A DNA stretch of 64,000 bases from Candidatus Latescibacterota bacterium (GCA_965219995.1 CBDCOX010000002.1:2240001-2304000); one strand, 5' to 3'; shown: positions 34,666 through 45,614, counted from the first letter of the stretch. Notes: generated by a model from the sequence alone, not told the origin. Made by a program: numbers and translations.

Positions 34666-35529
34666 GTGATGATCATGGAACGCATCGTCACCTACGGGCG
34701 AATGATCAAGTTTTCGCACAGCGTCTTCGCCCTTCCGTTTGCCTTCAGCGGTGCGGCGCTGGCCGCGCTGGAAGCGGATATCAGTATGGTGCAGGTGTTC
34801 TGGATCGCCGTGGCGATGGTGGGCGCCAGAAGCGCGGCGATGGGATTCAACCGGCTGGTGGACCGGGACATGGACGCGGCGAATCCCAGGACCGCGGCGC
34901 GAGAGTTGCCGCGCGGCCTGATCTCGCCGGGCGCCGTGCGCGTGTTGATCGCGATATCCTCCCTGGCGCTGATTGTCGCCGCCTGGCGACTGAACCCTCT
35001 GTGTTTCGCGCTATCTCCAGTGGCGCTGGGTATCGTCTTCTTCTATTCCTACACCAAGCGATTCACGTGGGCCACGCAGTTATTTCTCGGTCTGGCGCTG
35101 TCTCTGGCGCCCGTAGGCGCATGGATTGCGATTACAGGGCGCCTTGACGCCGGGATCCTGCTGCTGGCCGGCGCCGTATTGGCCTGGGTTTCAGGGTTCG
35201 ACATCATCTATGCCTGCCAGGATGTCGCGTTTGACCGTGTCCATGGGATTTGTTCGATTCCTCAACGCTTCGGCGTGCGCCGCGGGCTGGCCATCGCACG
35301 GGGTTTTCATGCGATTTCCTTTTCTCTGATGACCGCGGTGGGAACGTTTTTCGAGCTGGGAGTCATCTACATGGCAGGACTGATCGTGGTGGCGGCGCTG
35401 ATGGTGTACGAGCACCGGCTGGTGAAGCCGGAAGACCTTTCTCGACTGGGCGTGGCGTTCATGAACGTGAATGCCGCGATCAGCGCCGTCTTTTTCGCCT
35501 TTACGCTCGGAGACGTGTTGTGGCGGTGA
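34666..35529 (+). CDS. ubiA: UbiA-like polyprenyltransferase (MqnP-type)
   Basis: IKFSHSVFALPFA, ARSAAMGFNRLVDRDMDAANPRT, YSYTKRFT, GFDIIYACQD. Confidence 0.9.
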   Translation: MMIMERIVTYGRMIKFSHSVFALPFAFSGAALAALEADISMVQVFWIAVAMVGARSAAMGFNRLVDRDMDAANPRTAARELPRGLISPGAVRVLIAISSLALIVAAWRLNPLCFALSPVALGIVFFYSYTKRFTWATQLFLGLALSLAPVGAWIAITGRLDAGILLLAGAVLAWVSGFDIIYACQDVAFDRVHGICSIPQRFGVRRGLAIARGFHAISFSLMTAVGTFFELGVIYMAGLIVVAALMVYEHRLVKPEDLSRLGVAFMNVNAAISAVFFAFTLGDVLWR

Positions 35530-36128
35530 ACCGGATTGCGGTTGCGATCACCGGCGCCAGCGGGGCCATCTATGCCCTTCGGACCCTGCGGGCGCTGCTG
35601 CTGAACGGGGACGAGGTACACCTGATTGTGTCCGGGTTCGGCTGGATGTTGTTGCGAGAGGAAGGGGGCTTCGAGGGTAAACAGTCGGAATTTGAGGATT
35701 TTCTCGCTGACCGGTACGGCGACGGGGTTTCGAACGGGCGCGTGATCGTCCACCAGATCGGCAACATGGCGGCGTCGGTCGCAAGCGGGTCCGTGGGCGT
35801 GCGGGGCATGGTCGTCGTGCCGTGTTCCATGAAATACATGTCGAATATCGCTCACGGCGCGTCCGGAAACCTGATCGAAAGGGCCGCGGACGTCACGCTC
35901 AAGGAACACCGGCCGCTGATTCTGGTTCCACGCGAAACGCCGATGAGCCTGATCCACCTTCGGAACATGACCGCCGCCGCCGAGGCGGGAGCCGCCATCG
36001 TGCCGGCCATGCCGGCATTCTACCAGAATCCGGAGACGTTTGACGACCTGGCGGATTTCGTCGCCGGGCGGATCCTGAATCTTTTGAACATCGAACACGA
36101 CCTGTTTCCACCGTGGGCCGGGATGTGA
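35526..36128 (+). CDS. ubiX: Flavin prenyltransferase
   Basis: ITGASGA, ASGS, PCSM, NLIERAADVTLKE, RETP, PAFY; GTG overlaps the ubiA stop. Confidence 0.93.
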   Translation: MNRIAVAITGASGAIYALRTLRALLLNGDEVHLIVSGFGWMLLREEGGFEGKQSEFEDFLADRYGDGVSNGRVIVHQIGNMAASVASGSVGVRGMVVVPCSMKYMSNIAHGASGNLIERAADVTLKEHRPLILVPRETPMSLIHLRNMTAAAEAGAAIVPAMPAFYQNPETFDDLADFVAGRILNLLNIEHDLFPPWAGM

Positions 36129-36174
36129 CGAAGCATCCTTCGCTCCGCGCCTGAGGCTCATAAAAGGACAGCCG

Positions 36175-37473
36175 ATGTACAACGACCTGACGCATCACAT
36201 TCAGGAAACCGCCCTGGTCGATACGCACGAGCATTTGCGAAAGGAACCGGACTGGGTGGACGAAGGCCCCGATATCCTCCAGGACCTGTTCGGAAATTAC
36301 GTCCCGGCCGACCTTCACACGGCCGGCGCTTCTCCTGCGGCCATGAAGCGGTTGATGGATGGGTCGGACGCGGACATCGCCGGGCGATTCGAGGGTATCC
36401 GGGAAGCCTGGGAAGCGACGCAGTTTACAGGATACGGAGAAGCGGTGCGGTTGATCGCCAGGCACGTGTACGGCATCGACGTCCTGTCAGCGGACGCCAT
36501 TACGTCCGCTCAGGAAAGGATACACGCACTCCGGCGTCCCGGGAAACGACTGCGCCTGCTGCGCGACACGGCCAACCTGGATCACGTTCAGACGGACGAT
36601 TTCCAATGGGCATGCCTGCCGGATGACTCGGGACCGGATTTTTTCCTCTACGATCTCTCATGGGCGGGGTTCTGCAACGGGCAGATCGATTTCGAGCAGA
36701 CGCACGCCGAGACGAACGTTGAGGTAACGGGTCTCGAAACCCTCAGACAGGCGATGGAAGGCATCTTCTCCAAATACGCGGACTGCGCCATCGCGGTGAA
36801 GGCTCAGCACGCGTACAGCCGGACCCTGCACTGGACGGATCGTGAAGACTCGGAAGCGGCCGCTGCGCTCGAGAAGATATTGAAGGGTCCGGACGAAGCA
36901 ATCCCGGTACAGACGCGGCTTTGCCTCGGTGACTGGTGCTGGGCGCGCGGAGTGGAACTCTCCGTCGCACACAACCTGCCGTTCAAGATCCACACGGGAA
37001 CCTACGCGGGCAACGACCGCATGCCTGTGAGTCGGATCGCCGCCGGGAACATGTGCGCGTTATTCGCACGGTACCCGGACGCCCGCTTTGTCCTGATGCA
37101 CATCGCCTACCCGTATAACGATGAACTGGTCGCCCTGGCCAAGCACTACAGGAACATCTGGGTCGACCTGTGCTGGGCGTGGAGCATCGATCCCTATAGT
37201 TCGAGGGACTTTCTACGCCGATTCCTGCACGCCGTCCCGGCCAACAAGCTGTTCGCGTTCGGGGGCGACACGGGCTGGCCCACGGGCGCGCTCGCGTATT
37301 CAATCCAGGCCCGAAATGAAATTCGCCGCGGGCTGGAGGCGGAAGTCGCTGAAGGATATCTGAGTGAGAGACAGGCGATGGACGTTGCGAACCGGATCAT
37401 GCGAGACAATCAGTACGCCTGTTTCGATATTCATGGTACACGCACAAATATCCGCGCTGCCGCCAGAACATAG
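36175..37473 (+). CDS. Amidohydrolase-family protein
   Basis: DTHEH, KIHTG, VLMHIAYP, DLCW, FGGD. Confidence 0.85.
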   Translation: MYNDLTHHIQETALVDTHEHLRKEPDWVDEGPDILQDLFGNYVPADLHTAGASPAAMKRLMDGSDADIAGRFEGIREAWEATQFTGYGEAVRLIARHVYGIDVLSADAITSAQERIHALRRPGKRLRLLRDTANLDHVQTDDFQWACLPDDSGPDFFLYDLSWAGFCNGQIDFEQTHAETNVEVTGLETLRQAMEGIFSKYADCAIAVKAQHAYSRTLHWTDREDSEAAAALEKILKGPDEAIPVQTRLCLGDWCWARGVELSVAHNLPFKIHTGTYAGNDRMPVSRIAAGNMCALFARYPDARFVLMHIAYPYNDELVALAKHYRNIWVDLCWAWSIDPYSSRDFLRRFLHAVPANKLFAFGGDTGWPTGALAYSIQARNEIRRGLEAEVAEGYLSERQAMDVANRIMRDNQYACFDIHGTRTNIRAAART

Positions 37474-37515
37474 CTCCGAATGAGCGGCAGAAATCAGTCG
37501 ACTCAGTTTAACAGC

Positions 37516-37553
37516 AAGCAGCCGCCGATTGTACGCAATCGGCGGCTGCTTTT
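37516..37553. terminator. Intrinsic terminator
   Basis: aagcagccgccgattg-tacg-caatcggcggctgctttt. Confidence 0.8.
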
Positions 37554-37584
37554 GTATCATACTAAGTTATTTGACGGGTGGGAC

Positions 37585-38868
37585 TTAGCGATATCGTTCC
37601 ACGTCGAAATTGACGCGCATGGAGACCAGCGCGCGTACCGTACGCACCCTGTCTTCGCGATTGCCTTCCGTCTGCCTGTACCCGCCGAACACAGCGGCCA
37701 CGTCCAGCGCGAAATACCGGTCCAGTTCAGCGCCGATCCCGAGCGTCCACGCATTGCGGTCCGTTTCGATTCGCACCTCAGGTACGGGACCGCCTCCAAC
37801 GTATCGGACCGGATCCCGATAGTAGCCGCCCCTCAAGGCGAGGCCCCGCCCGGGGATCGCGTATTCACCGCCCAGATGGATCCGCACCGCGTTTCGGTAT
37901 TGTCGGCGGAAGTCGTCCACGTGCGGCACGATGTTCCGCGCCCGGACGTTGTAGGTGGCTTCCTGCAGGTCGCCGTAATGCACGTCACCGCTCAACGTAA
38001 GTCCCTTTGAGGCCCATCCCAGACCGAATCCCAGTGAAATCGGCTGCCGTATCTCGTATCTGTCCACGTAATAATCGCGGGGATAGGTATCTTTCCGATC
38101 TTCGTACGTATCTTCGAACTCATCCGCCACTTCCGCCGACACGCGAATGGGAGTCGCCACGGAAATCGTTACGCCAATCCGGAAATTCGACGGGTGCCAG
38201 AACCGGATGCCGCCCTGAAGCCCCAGCGCGGAAAACTCGTCGTCGGATTCGAAACGTTGATAAAGACGTACCGTATCCACGTGTACCTGCTGCACGTCTT
38301 CAAGCGTCAACTCCTGCAGAAACCGGTTCGTTCCACGCCATTTGTATATTGATATCCCCGCCGAGAGACGCGGCGCCAGGTCGATCGCGGCGCCCAATGT
38401 CCACGCGCCGAAGGTACCCCTGTCTTCCGAGAAGCCCGACTTTTCGAAGTCGGCGACCTCATCGTACGCGTGGATCCGCAATCCCGCGTCGAAGTGCCGG
38501 TTGCGCCCGAAGCCCCCTGCGAAAACCAGGCTGCCCCGGTAGACGGGAACCGGATATACGACGCCCGCCGACGCAAAGCGCGTGCTGTTCAGCTCGAACG
38601 CGGAAGGCCGGCTGAAGAATTGCGACTCGTTCCGAAACCGGTCATGCGACATTCCCCACGAAATCGACCCGTGTTGGGCCCTTGCCAATCCGGCAGGATT
38701 CCAGAAGAGGCCGGAAAAATCGTCCGATACCGTGACATAGGCGCCGCCCATCCCCATTGCACGTGCGCCGATGCCCGAGAACCCATCTAGGGCGACCTCC
38801 TGAGCACTCGCCGACGCCGCCCACGCGCAGAATGCCAGCATCGGAACAGTGGAACAGACTCGCCTCAT
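37585..38868 (-). CDS. OmpP1/FadL-family outer-membrane transporter
   Basis: GARAMGMGGA....DD.S..FWNPAGL; beta-barrel; LRGGY..DP. Confidence 0.85.
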   Translation of the reverse strand: MRRVCSTVPMLAFCAWAASASAQEVALDGFSGIGARAMGMGGAYVTVSDDFSGLFWNPAGLARAQHGSISWGMSHDRFRNESQFFSRPSAFELNSTRFASAGVVYPVPVYRGSLVFAGGFGRNRHFDAGLRIHAYDEVADFEKSGFSEDRGTFGAWTLGAAIDLAPRLSAGISIYKWRGTNRFLQELTLEDVQQVHVDTVRLYQRFESDDEFSALGLQGGIRFWHPSNFRIGVTISVATPIRVSAEVADEFEDTYEDRKDTYPRDYYVDRYEIRQPISLGFGLGWASKGLTLSGDVHYGDLQEATYNVRARNIVPHVDDFRRQYRNAVRIHLGGEYAIPGRGLALRGGYYRDPVRYVGGGPVPEVRIETDRNAWTLGIGAELDRYFALDVAAVFGGYRQTEGNREDRVRTVRALVSMRVNFDVERYR

Positions 38869-39539
38869 CGCATCCCCCCTCTGCGCCGCTGCTTCTCACG
38901 TTTCTCCTCGCGCTTTTCCTCCTGCTTTTTTTCTTCCTTCTGTGAAGACGGCTTACTGCCGCCCGAATCGCGCGTTTTCGAAGCTGTTCTGGATGCGCTG
39001 TCCGAACTCTCCGGTTTCGGATTTGCCCGGGTGGTGCCCACCGAACGGGCTCCCCGAACCCGCGTGGTCTTTTTTGTTCCGCGGCCTTTACGGACTGTGC
39101 CGGCGGATAAGGGATCGCCACCCCGCAGTCCGGAATGTCTCAACCGCAAATGCGGTTCCGGAAGCTCGATCGGATCCGTTTCGATCCACCGATATCTTAC
39201 GGTGGGGTAGTACCCGCGTCCGTGAGCCAGACGTTGCCGCATCCACCCCCGCCACCACGGGCCGTACGCGGCCGTCCACCACGAATACCGCCAATTCAGG
39301 CCGCGTCGACTCCGGATTGGATATTCCGCCCACCGGGGATCGAAAAACGGCGAAGTCCCCCACGATTCCGTGCCGAATTGGTCATAAACATGATATTTGT
39401 ATATCCGCACAACGGTGGTATCGACCGCCGGCACGGATTCGACTAGATCATCCGTCGCATATTCTGGCGGCCGAATCTGCGTATAGCACGCGGAAAGTGT
39501 GAACAGGCAGAAAAGTGCGAGACCGATTCGATGTGCCAT
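38865..39539 (-). CDS. Hypothetical lipoprotein with a low-complexity basic tail
   Basis: Lipobox LSAC; translationally coupled to the FadL-like gene. Confidence 0.7.
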   Translation of the reverse strand: MAHRIGLALFCLFTLSACYTQIRPPEYATDDLVESVPAVDTTVVRIYKYHVYDQFGTESWGTSPFFDPRWAEYPIRSRRGLNWRYSWWTAAYGPWWRGWMRQRLAHGRGYYPTVRYRWIETDPIELPEPHLRLRHSGLRGGDPLSAGTVRKGRGTKKTTRVRGARSVGTTRANPKPESSDSASRTASKTRDSGGSKPSSQKEEKKQEEKREEKREKQRRRGGMR

Positions 39540-39896
39540 GGCAGCCTCCCTCGTTACGAAACCCGCTCACTTCAACTGCAGTCCTCCGCCCCATTGGCCC
39601 TACCTGAATAATACCCGATTTCCAACCTCGGCACAATACCATAAAAAACCGGGGAGACGGTAGAGGGTAGACGGGAGAAGGCATCTTTGCCCCATTGAGT
39701 CTTCCTTTGCGCCTCCGGCGAGAAATGAAACCCCAAGGTGCAGGGAATCCCTCACGCGCGTCTACTCGCAGGAAGATTTCGCCCGGCCATATCAAAGCGC
39801 CGTGGCCGCAGGATATCATCTCACGTCTCACGTCTTGCGTCTCACCCGGGGTTGGCGGGCCGGGGGGGAGAGGTCCGTACCGCCTGTCCCTGCATG

Positions 39897-40238
39897 TCAA
39901 CCTGCTTTGCGCAAAATCTCCGCGACAAGGGATCTGAACCCCTTCCCTTTTCGCTGGACGGGTGGGGTTTCCTCACAGCAGGACGCTGCACGTGAACCCG
40001 AGTCTCCGCGACGTCCGGCAAGGCGTGAGTCAATCTCCTCGTGTTCAGGAAACCGGCCTTCTTTCACTCTGGAGAAAGTCAGTTCTCCGTCAACAGTCAC
40101 TTCAAATCGACCGCGTCCGGAGGGAACGAGCGTGAAACGCGAGATGCCCGTCTTGTATTTTTCCAGCAGATGGCGCGTCAAACTGACGGCCTGGTCTTCA
40201 TATCCTCACATGGCGCAGTAAACGAGTTCGATATCCAT
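39897..40238 (-). CDS. Rdx/SelW-family selenoprotein (CxxU)
   Basis: SD AAGGAG; ATG 40238 MDIELVYCAM-TGA(40208-40206)-GYEDQAVSL..GRFEVTVDG..FS...GRFP; hairpin cgtca-gtt-tgacg just downstream of the UGA. Confidence 0.88.
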
Positions 40239-40453
40239 GGTCGATCTCCTTTCGTTTTCATGCCTGGATTCTTACACACACCCTGAATCTTCCCTTTAAA
40301 TGGCGGGGAGACGGGGGTGAGGGCCGCGCCCCTTGTGGTTTCCCGCCTTTCGGCTGTTTCCGGTCTTCCTTTGTGTCTTTGTGTCTCCGTGTGAGTTGAT
40401 TTTCGCTTCGAGCTGTCGGCTCATCGCTGCTTTTCGAGCACGGGGTCGGTTCT

Positions 40454-41917
40454 TCAAAGTGAGGACGTCCCCCGGACCGCGCGTTTGGCGATGTTCCGAA
40501 GAAGCCCCCCGAACAGCAGGACGTGAATTGGATACAGGGCGTGCCAGTAGAATCGTCCCCACAGGCCGACCGCATCGAAGACGGCGGTCTGGCGCACCCT
40601 GGATCCCCCTTCCTCCCGGAGCGTGACGTCGAACTCGAGCCAGCCGCGGCCCGGCAGCTTCATTTCCGCCCTGAGGCGCAGGCGGGCGTCCGGTTCGTAG
40701 ACCTCGACCCGCCAGCAGTCCAGGGCCTCACCCGCGGCAAGATGCTCCGCGTCGCGCCTGCCGCGGCTCATTCCGACCCCGCCCAACAACTGATCGACCA
40801 GACCGCGCAAGCGCCACATCCAATCGCCGCAGTACCAGCCTTCCGCGCCGCCGATGCGCCGGATTGGTGCGAATGCGGCGGCGGGCGGGACCGGGAGATC
40901 GACAACGGTCGAGTGAATCAACCGGCCGCGGATGCGGACCCCGCCCCAGCGCAGGGGCGTCGCAGGTGCAAGCGTTGCCTCCGACCACGGCGTGGCCGCG
41001 TACGCCGCGTCCTCTTCGACAGCGGCTTTGGCGATCGCGTCGCGAAGCCCAAGCGGTTGAATGGGGAACGCGTTTTTTGCCGCAGCGTCATTCACGACGG
41101 TCGCGGTTCGGAGTCCGTCGACCAGTTGGCGGCCGACCTTCGCGTAGACCGGGGTGGTCAGACCCAGCCAGAGGCTGGAGAGGCGCGGCGTCAGCAACGG
41201 CACGGGGATCAACAGTCGCCTGAGACCGCGCCATCGGGCGTACTCGCGCATGATCTCGCGGTACGACACCACGTCCGATCCGCCCACCTCGAACAGACGG
41301 CTCTCCCCGTGGGGCAGGTCGAGCGCCGCCGCGAGGTACCCCACCAGGTCGGCCAGAGCGATCGGCTGGGTGGGCGTACGGACCCATGACGGGCAGACCA
41401 TCACCGGAAGCCGCTCGACCAGCGCGCGAATCAGTTCGAACGAGAGGCTGCCGGCGCCCAGCACGATCCCGCTGCGGAACTCGATGACGGGCACTCCGGA
41501 CGCCCGTAGCACTTCGCCAGTCTCGTGACGGCTGCGCAGGTGCCTGGACAGCCCTGAGGCGGATCCCAGTCCGCCCACGTAGACGATGCGCCGCACCCCG
41601 GCCGCCAGGGCCGCCGCGCCGAAGTTCTGCGCCGCTTCGCGGTCACGGGCTTCGAAGTCGGCGCTTCCACCCATCGAATGGACCATGTAATAGGCCGTAT
41701 CGATCCCCGCCAAGGCGCCCTGCAGTGAATCCGGCTTCAGGCAGTCGCCGCGTACAACGCTGCTGTTCGGCCCGACCCTTCCCGTTAGCGCATCCGGTCG
41801 ACGCGTCATACAGCGAACCTCACGTCCGCCCGCCTCCAGGGCCGCGAGCAGCCTACCCCCGATGCACCCGGTGGCGCCGGTAAGCAGGATCGCCCGTTGC
41901 TGATCTGTCCCTTTCAT
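40454..41917 (-). CDS. NAD(P)-dependent SDR-like oxidoreductase + DUF2867
   Basis: TGATGCIGG, YYMVHSM, HLRSR.E, GS.SFE, RIGG..GWY, AEMKLPG. Confidence 0.88.
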   Translation of the reverse strand: MKGTDQQRAILLTGATGCIGGRLLAALEAGGREVRCMTRRPDALTGRVGPNSSVVRGDCLKPDSLQGALAGIDTAYYMVHSMGGSADFEARDREAAQNFGAAALAAGVRRIVYVGGLGSASGLSRHLRSRHETGEVLRASGVPVIEFRSGIVLGAGSLSFELIRALVERLPVMVCPSWVRTPTQPIALADLVGYLAAALDLPHGESRLFEVGGSDVVSYREIMREYARWRGLRRLLIPVPLLTPRLSSLWLGLTTPVYAKVGRQLVDGLRTATVVNDAAAKNAFPIQPLGLRDAIAKAAVEEDAAYAATPWSEATLAPATPLRWGGVRIRGRLIHSTVVDLPVPPAAAFAPIRRIGGAEGWYCGDWMWRLRGLVDQLLGGVGMSRGRRDAEHLAAGEALDCWRVEVYEPDARLRLRAEMKLPGRGWLEFDVTLREEGGSRVRQTAVFDAVGLWGRFYWHALYPIHVLLFGGLLRNIAKRAVRGTSSL

Positions 41918-41934
41918 CTCCCCTCTAACTGCGG

Positions 41935-42480
41935 TAAGACGGTAGATGACTTCCTTGCCCGATTCGTCTTTCCTTTATGCCTCCGGCAAGAAAGGCAAGC
42001 GCGCGGGGCAATAAAACCCGTTAGACGCAAGACGGGAGACGGTAGAGGACTTCCTTGCCCGGTTGGTCATTCCCTTATGCCTCCGGCAAGAAATGAAGCC
42101 GCACGGGGCAAGAAAACCGGTGACGGTAGATGACATCCTCGCCCGTTTGGTTATTCCTTTATGCCTGCGGCAAAACGTGAAACCGGACGCGGCGGACAAA
42201 CTCTCCCGTCTTACCTCTAACGTCTCCCCGATTTTAGGGCACTCACAGTATCTCCCGTCTCCCGTCTACCCTCTCACCGCTTTTGAGGGGCCGGGGGGAG
42301 AGGTCTGCGCGCCTATTGCAGGTAGATTTCGCCAAGCACTATCGTCGTCCCTTGGGCGCGGGCTATCATCTCACGTCTCCCGTCTTACGTCTACCCGCCT
42401 TTAGGGAATTTGGGGAAAAGGGGATTTTGAATTTGATGTTCGATTCTGGTTCTGACTGACGGCTGACCGCTGATAGCTGC
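41935..42480. repeat. Three tandem 85-100 bp degenerate repeats plus short heptamer repeats
   Basis: gacggtaga(t/g)gac(t/a)tcct(t/c)gccc..tatgcct.cggcaa x3; related pieces at 39650-39880 and 23600-23780. Confidence 0.75.
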
Positions 42481-42490
42481 TTTTTGCTGC

Positions 42491-45226
42491 TCATCGAAAC
42501 AGCCCCGAGTACTTGAAGGTCATGATGTAGTCCTGCGAGCCCTGCCTCTTTGCCACGGGCCGGTTGTCGTAAATATCCCACCCGAAGCCGAAGAGAAACT
42601 GGTCCTTGTAAAAGGAGACGGCGACACCCATAGAAATGGCCAGCGAGTTTTCCGTTGAAAGGGCTTCAAGGACGTTGCCGATTGCGGTCAGATGGATTCC
42701 GGAGATCGAAGGGTTATCCACGTTGTGCCATCCGGCAAAAGCCAGTCCGGGCAGGCCGATCAGGCGTTCGGTTTTGCCGCGGACCGGGTTGCCGTCGTCG
42801 TCTGTATAATTGCGTCCCGGGCGAATCGTCAGAAACGAAAACAGCGGCCTGGCTTCCAGTTCCCACTTCCAGCCCCCGGCTTCCAGAATCTGCGACACGC
42901 TCTGCGGCGCGGCGTTTCGGTAACTCCGGGTTGTGATTCTGAGTCTCACCCGCCGATTCCTTTTTTCGGTCAGCAGGAGGTTGAGATCTTCGGCCCGGAC
43001 GCGGCCTCCGCTCGACTCGTAGATCGCGACCTTCTTCCTTTTCGTACTGCCTTCAGGGGCGTAGTTTTCGTCGAGACGGGTCCACTCGACGACCATTTCA
43101 CGTCCGATCAGCGCCCGACGCAACGAGTCGGGAATCACGAAGGCCACATCCACTTTGGTGCCGTCCTTTTGCACGACGGGGTCATTATTCCAGCCAACGG
43201 CCAGACGCTTCGCCTCTTCATCGCGCGAAACCAGGACCTCTGCAATCTGCGCGAGGTCGACGTCCCCAAGCACGCCGTGCCCTTTGTATTCCAGCGGCCG
43301 CGCCCGGTCCTTGAAGTCATTGCTGACCAGCCACACGGAACCCCGGCGCTCCCCCAGGGCATTGGGCGCAAAAAGGAGCGTGAGACGCGCGGAACCCCCC
43401 GGGGCGAGAGCGAATTGCGCCGGCTCGACACGGGCCTCCTTACTCTGCGGATGCGCTTCGACCTGCAACTCGGTATCGCCGACGTTCGTGGCCACGAAGG
43501 TTCTTTCCACGTCTTCTCCCAGGACCGCGTAGCCGAAATCGACGACTCCCGCCGGGTTCAATTCGATTTCGGCGCCCACCCCGATGCCCTTGAGCAGGAC
43601 GTCGAGCGCCATTTTCTCATTCGCCCCCAGACCGTCAATACGCAGGGTCCCTGAAATCGCTCCGCGGGCGGACGGACTGAAGGCCAGGTGCAACGGCAGT
43701 GCGCGCTGGCTGTGGGCAGGCAACAGGAACGTGTTGCCTGCGTCGACCGGGGAGTTGGCTGTGAATTCGGTACTCGTGACGCGAAGCTGGTGAATCTCGA
43801 AATCGGCATTGCCCTCATTGGTGATCTCGACGACCCGGGGGCTGCTTTCGCCAACGGCAACGCGTCCGAAGTCCACCGTTGCCGGACTGAGAGCGAAAAA
43901 CCGGCCTACGCCCTGCAAACGCACCGTCTGACGCCGGCCTTCGGCTTCTACGCGGAGTACTGCCTGGCGGGCGCCGGCTTCCCTGGGTGAGAAGTTCAGC
44001 ACGACCCGGGCGCCGGCGCCGGGCTGAATAAGGACGGAGTTCTGCGCAAGATCGAATTCGAGGCCCTCATCTCCCACGACAGAGACCTCAACGGCGCCCG
44101 GCCGGCCGCCCCGGTTCCACAGAAGCAAATGGTTGCGCGAGGCCTCCCCGATGGGCACACTGCCGAAGTCGATGTCTTCACTGATAATCTCGATTCGGGG
44201 CGGGCTGACGCGGCCCCGACCTGTGAGAGGGATGGAGACCGCATCAGCTTCCGGATCGCTGGTCTGCACGCGAAGGACGCCCGGTTGCGCCCCTGCGTTT
44301 TTCGGCGCAAAGGTCACGCTGAGGTCCAGCCGCTCCCCGGGAGCGACGCTGGACGTGGAGCCCGCGGCGCCGAGGACATAGGCCGCCCCCTCATCAATTC
44401 CGCCTTCAATGTCCATTGCGACCGGGCCATGGTTGAGGACGGTCACGCGGCGCATCGCGCGCTGCCCCACCTCAACGGCGCCAAAGTCGAGCCCCACCTG
44501 CGGGAGGGGCGAAAAAACCGCCCGCGGCGCCAGACCGCTCCCTCGCAATGGTATCGACCAATCCCCGAAAACGGACCCGGAAACCGCCATTTCCGCCGCG
44601 ACCGTTCCCGCGCGCGTTGGAACAAACGCAACCTCGATGCGCGCTTCAGCGCCGGGGGCAGGCCACGGACCGACGTCGCCCTCAACACGGAAGGGACCCT
44701 GCAGACGGGTAACATTCATCGGTCCGGCCGCTACGGGCGTGGCGCCGGTGTTCCTGACGACGACGATCGCCGTCGCCGCTTTTCCGATGGGAATCGCGCC
44801 GAAATCGAGCCCGGCCGACGGCAGGATCACCACGCTCGTTGGAACGACCACCGCCTGGAGAGGAACAGACACGCTCTGGCCCACGAACAGGGAGGCAACC
44901 CGCAACGTAAGTTCGCCCGAGTACCGACCAGCCGCACTTGCACTGAAGCGGACGTCGATCCGGCTGGCGCCCCTCGCATCCAGGCGCAGCGTGTCCGCGT
45001 TTGTGGCAAAACCGTTTCCGCTGATGCCGACGATCACTTTGATCGCTTCCTCTTGCAGGTTTTCGAAATCAACGGACGCACTGGCTTCGAAGCCAACGCC
45101 GACTTCGCCCAGATCGAGCGCATCAGGGACGATGGCGAAGGGCCGTGCGTGACCTCTTGCTGTCAGGAAGAGCGAAGCAATCAACAGAAGAATAGAGCAG
45201 CGAGTTACACGCCAGAATGCCGACAT
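42491..45226 (-). CDS. Secreted protein with tandem ASH/choice-of-anchor-D Ig-like domains
   Basis: About six repeats of LDFG.V..G...N.G...L.PG....V.F.P...G...G.L....L.G.G; signal peptide. Confidence 0.85.
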   Translation of the reverse strand: MSAFWRVTRCSILLLIASLFLTARGHARPFAIVPDALDLGEVGVGFEASASVDFENLQEEAIKVIVGISGNGFATNADTLRLDARGASRIDVRFSASAAGRYSGELTLRVASLFVGQSVSVPLQAVVVPTSVVILPSAGLDFGAIPIGKAATAIVVVRNTGATPVAAGPMNVTRLQGPFRVEGDVGPWPAPGAEARIEVAFVPTRAGTVAAEMAVSGSVFGDWSIPLRGSGLAPRAVFSPLPQVGLDFGAVEVGQRAMRRVTVLNHGPVAMDIEGGIDEGAAYVLGAAGSTSSVAPGERLDLSVTFAPKNAGAQPGVLRVQTSDPEADAVSIPLTGRGRVSPPRIEIISEDIDFGSVPIGEASRNHLLLWNRGGRPGAVEVSVVGDEGLEFDLAQNSVLIQPGAGARVVLNFSPREAGARQAVLRVEAEGRRQTVRLQGVGRFFALSPATVDFGRVAVGESSPRVVEITNEGNADFEIHQLRVTSTEFTANSPVDAGNTFLLPAHSQRALPLHLAFSPSARGAISGTLRIDGLGANEKMALDVLLKGIGVGAEIELNPAGVVDFGYAVLGEDVERTFVATNVGDTELQVEAHPQSKEARVEPAQFALAPGGSARLTLLFAPNALGERRGSVWLVSNDFKDRARPLEYKGHGVLGDVDLAQIAEVLVSRDEEAKRLAVGWNNDPVVQKDGTKVDVAFVIPDSLRRALIGREMVVEWTRLDENYAPEGSTKRKKVAIYESSGGRVRAEDLNLLLTEKRNRRVRLRITTRSYRNAAPQSVSQILEAGGWKWELEARPLFSFLTIRPGRNYTDDDGNPVRGKTERLIGLPGLAFAGWHNVDNPSISGIHLTAIGNVLEALSTENSLAISMGVAVSFYKDQFLFGFGWDIYDNRPVAKRQGSQDYIMTFKYSGLFR

Positions 45227-45614
45227 ACATACGCCCCCGAAACCTGCCGTGTCTTGTAGATGGGATCCGATTCAAGCCCCCGACGAGCCGTGAACGCCGG
45301 CTCGTAACGTGACGAACCGATTCGCTTTGGCCAACGAGAGTTATGTCACGGGATCTCGACGCACACCGCCACGTCGATAGCAATATACAAAAGGGGGGCG
45401 CGGGATTCAATCCGTTCCCGCCTTCGAAAGGCGTCGTGCCGGGATGCGATGTGCAGTCCGCTGGCGAACCCGTCTTCCGTTCCCCCACCGGAGGCGATGG
45501 GTGCCTGAAATCCGGTCCGAGAGATGTCGCCCATGTTCACAAGTGTGACGATACACAACAGCCTCGCTGACCCAATGGAAATCATTACTTATTGTTAATC
45601 CTTATGTTATGCTT

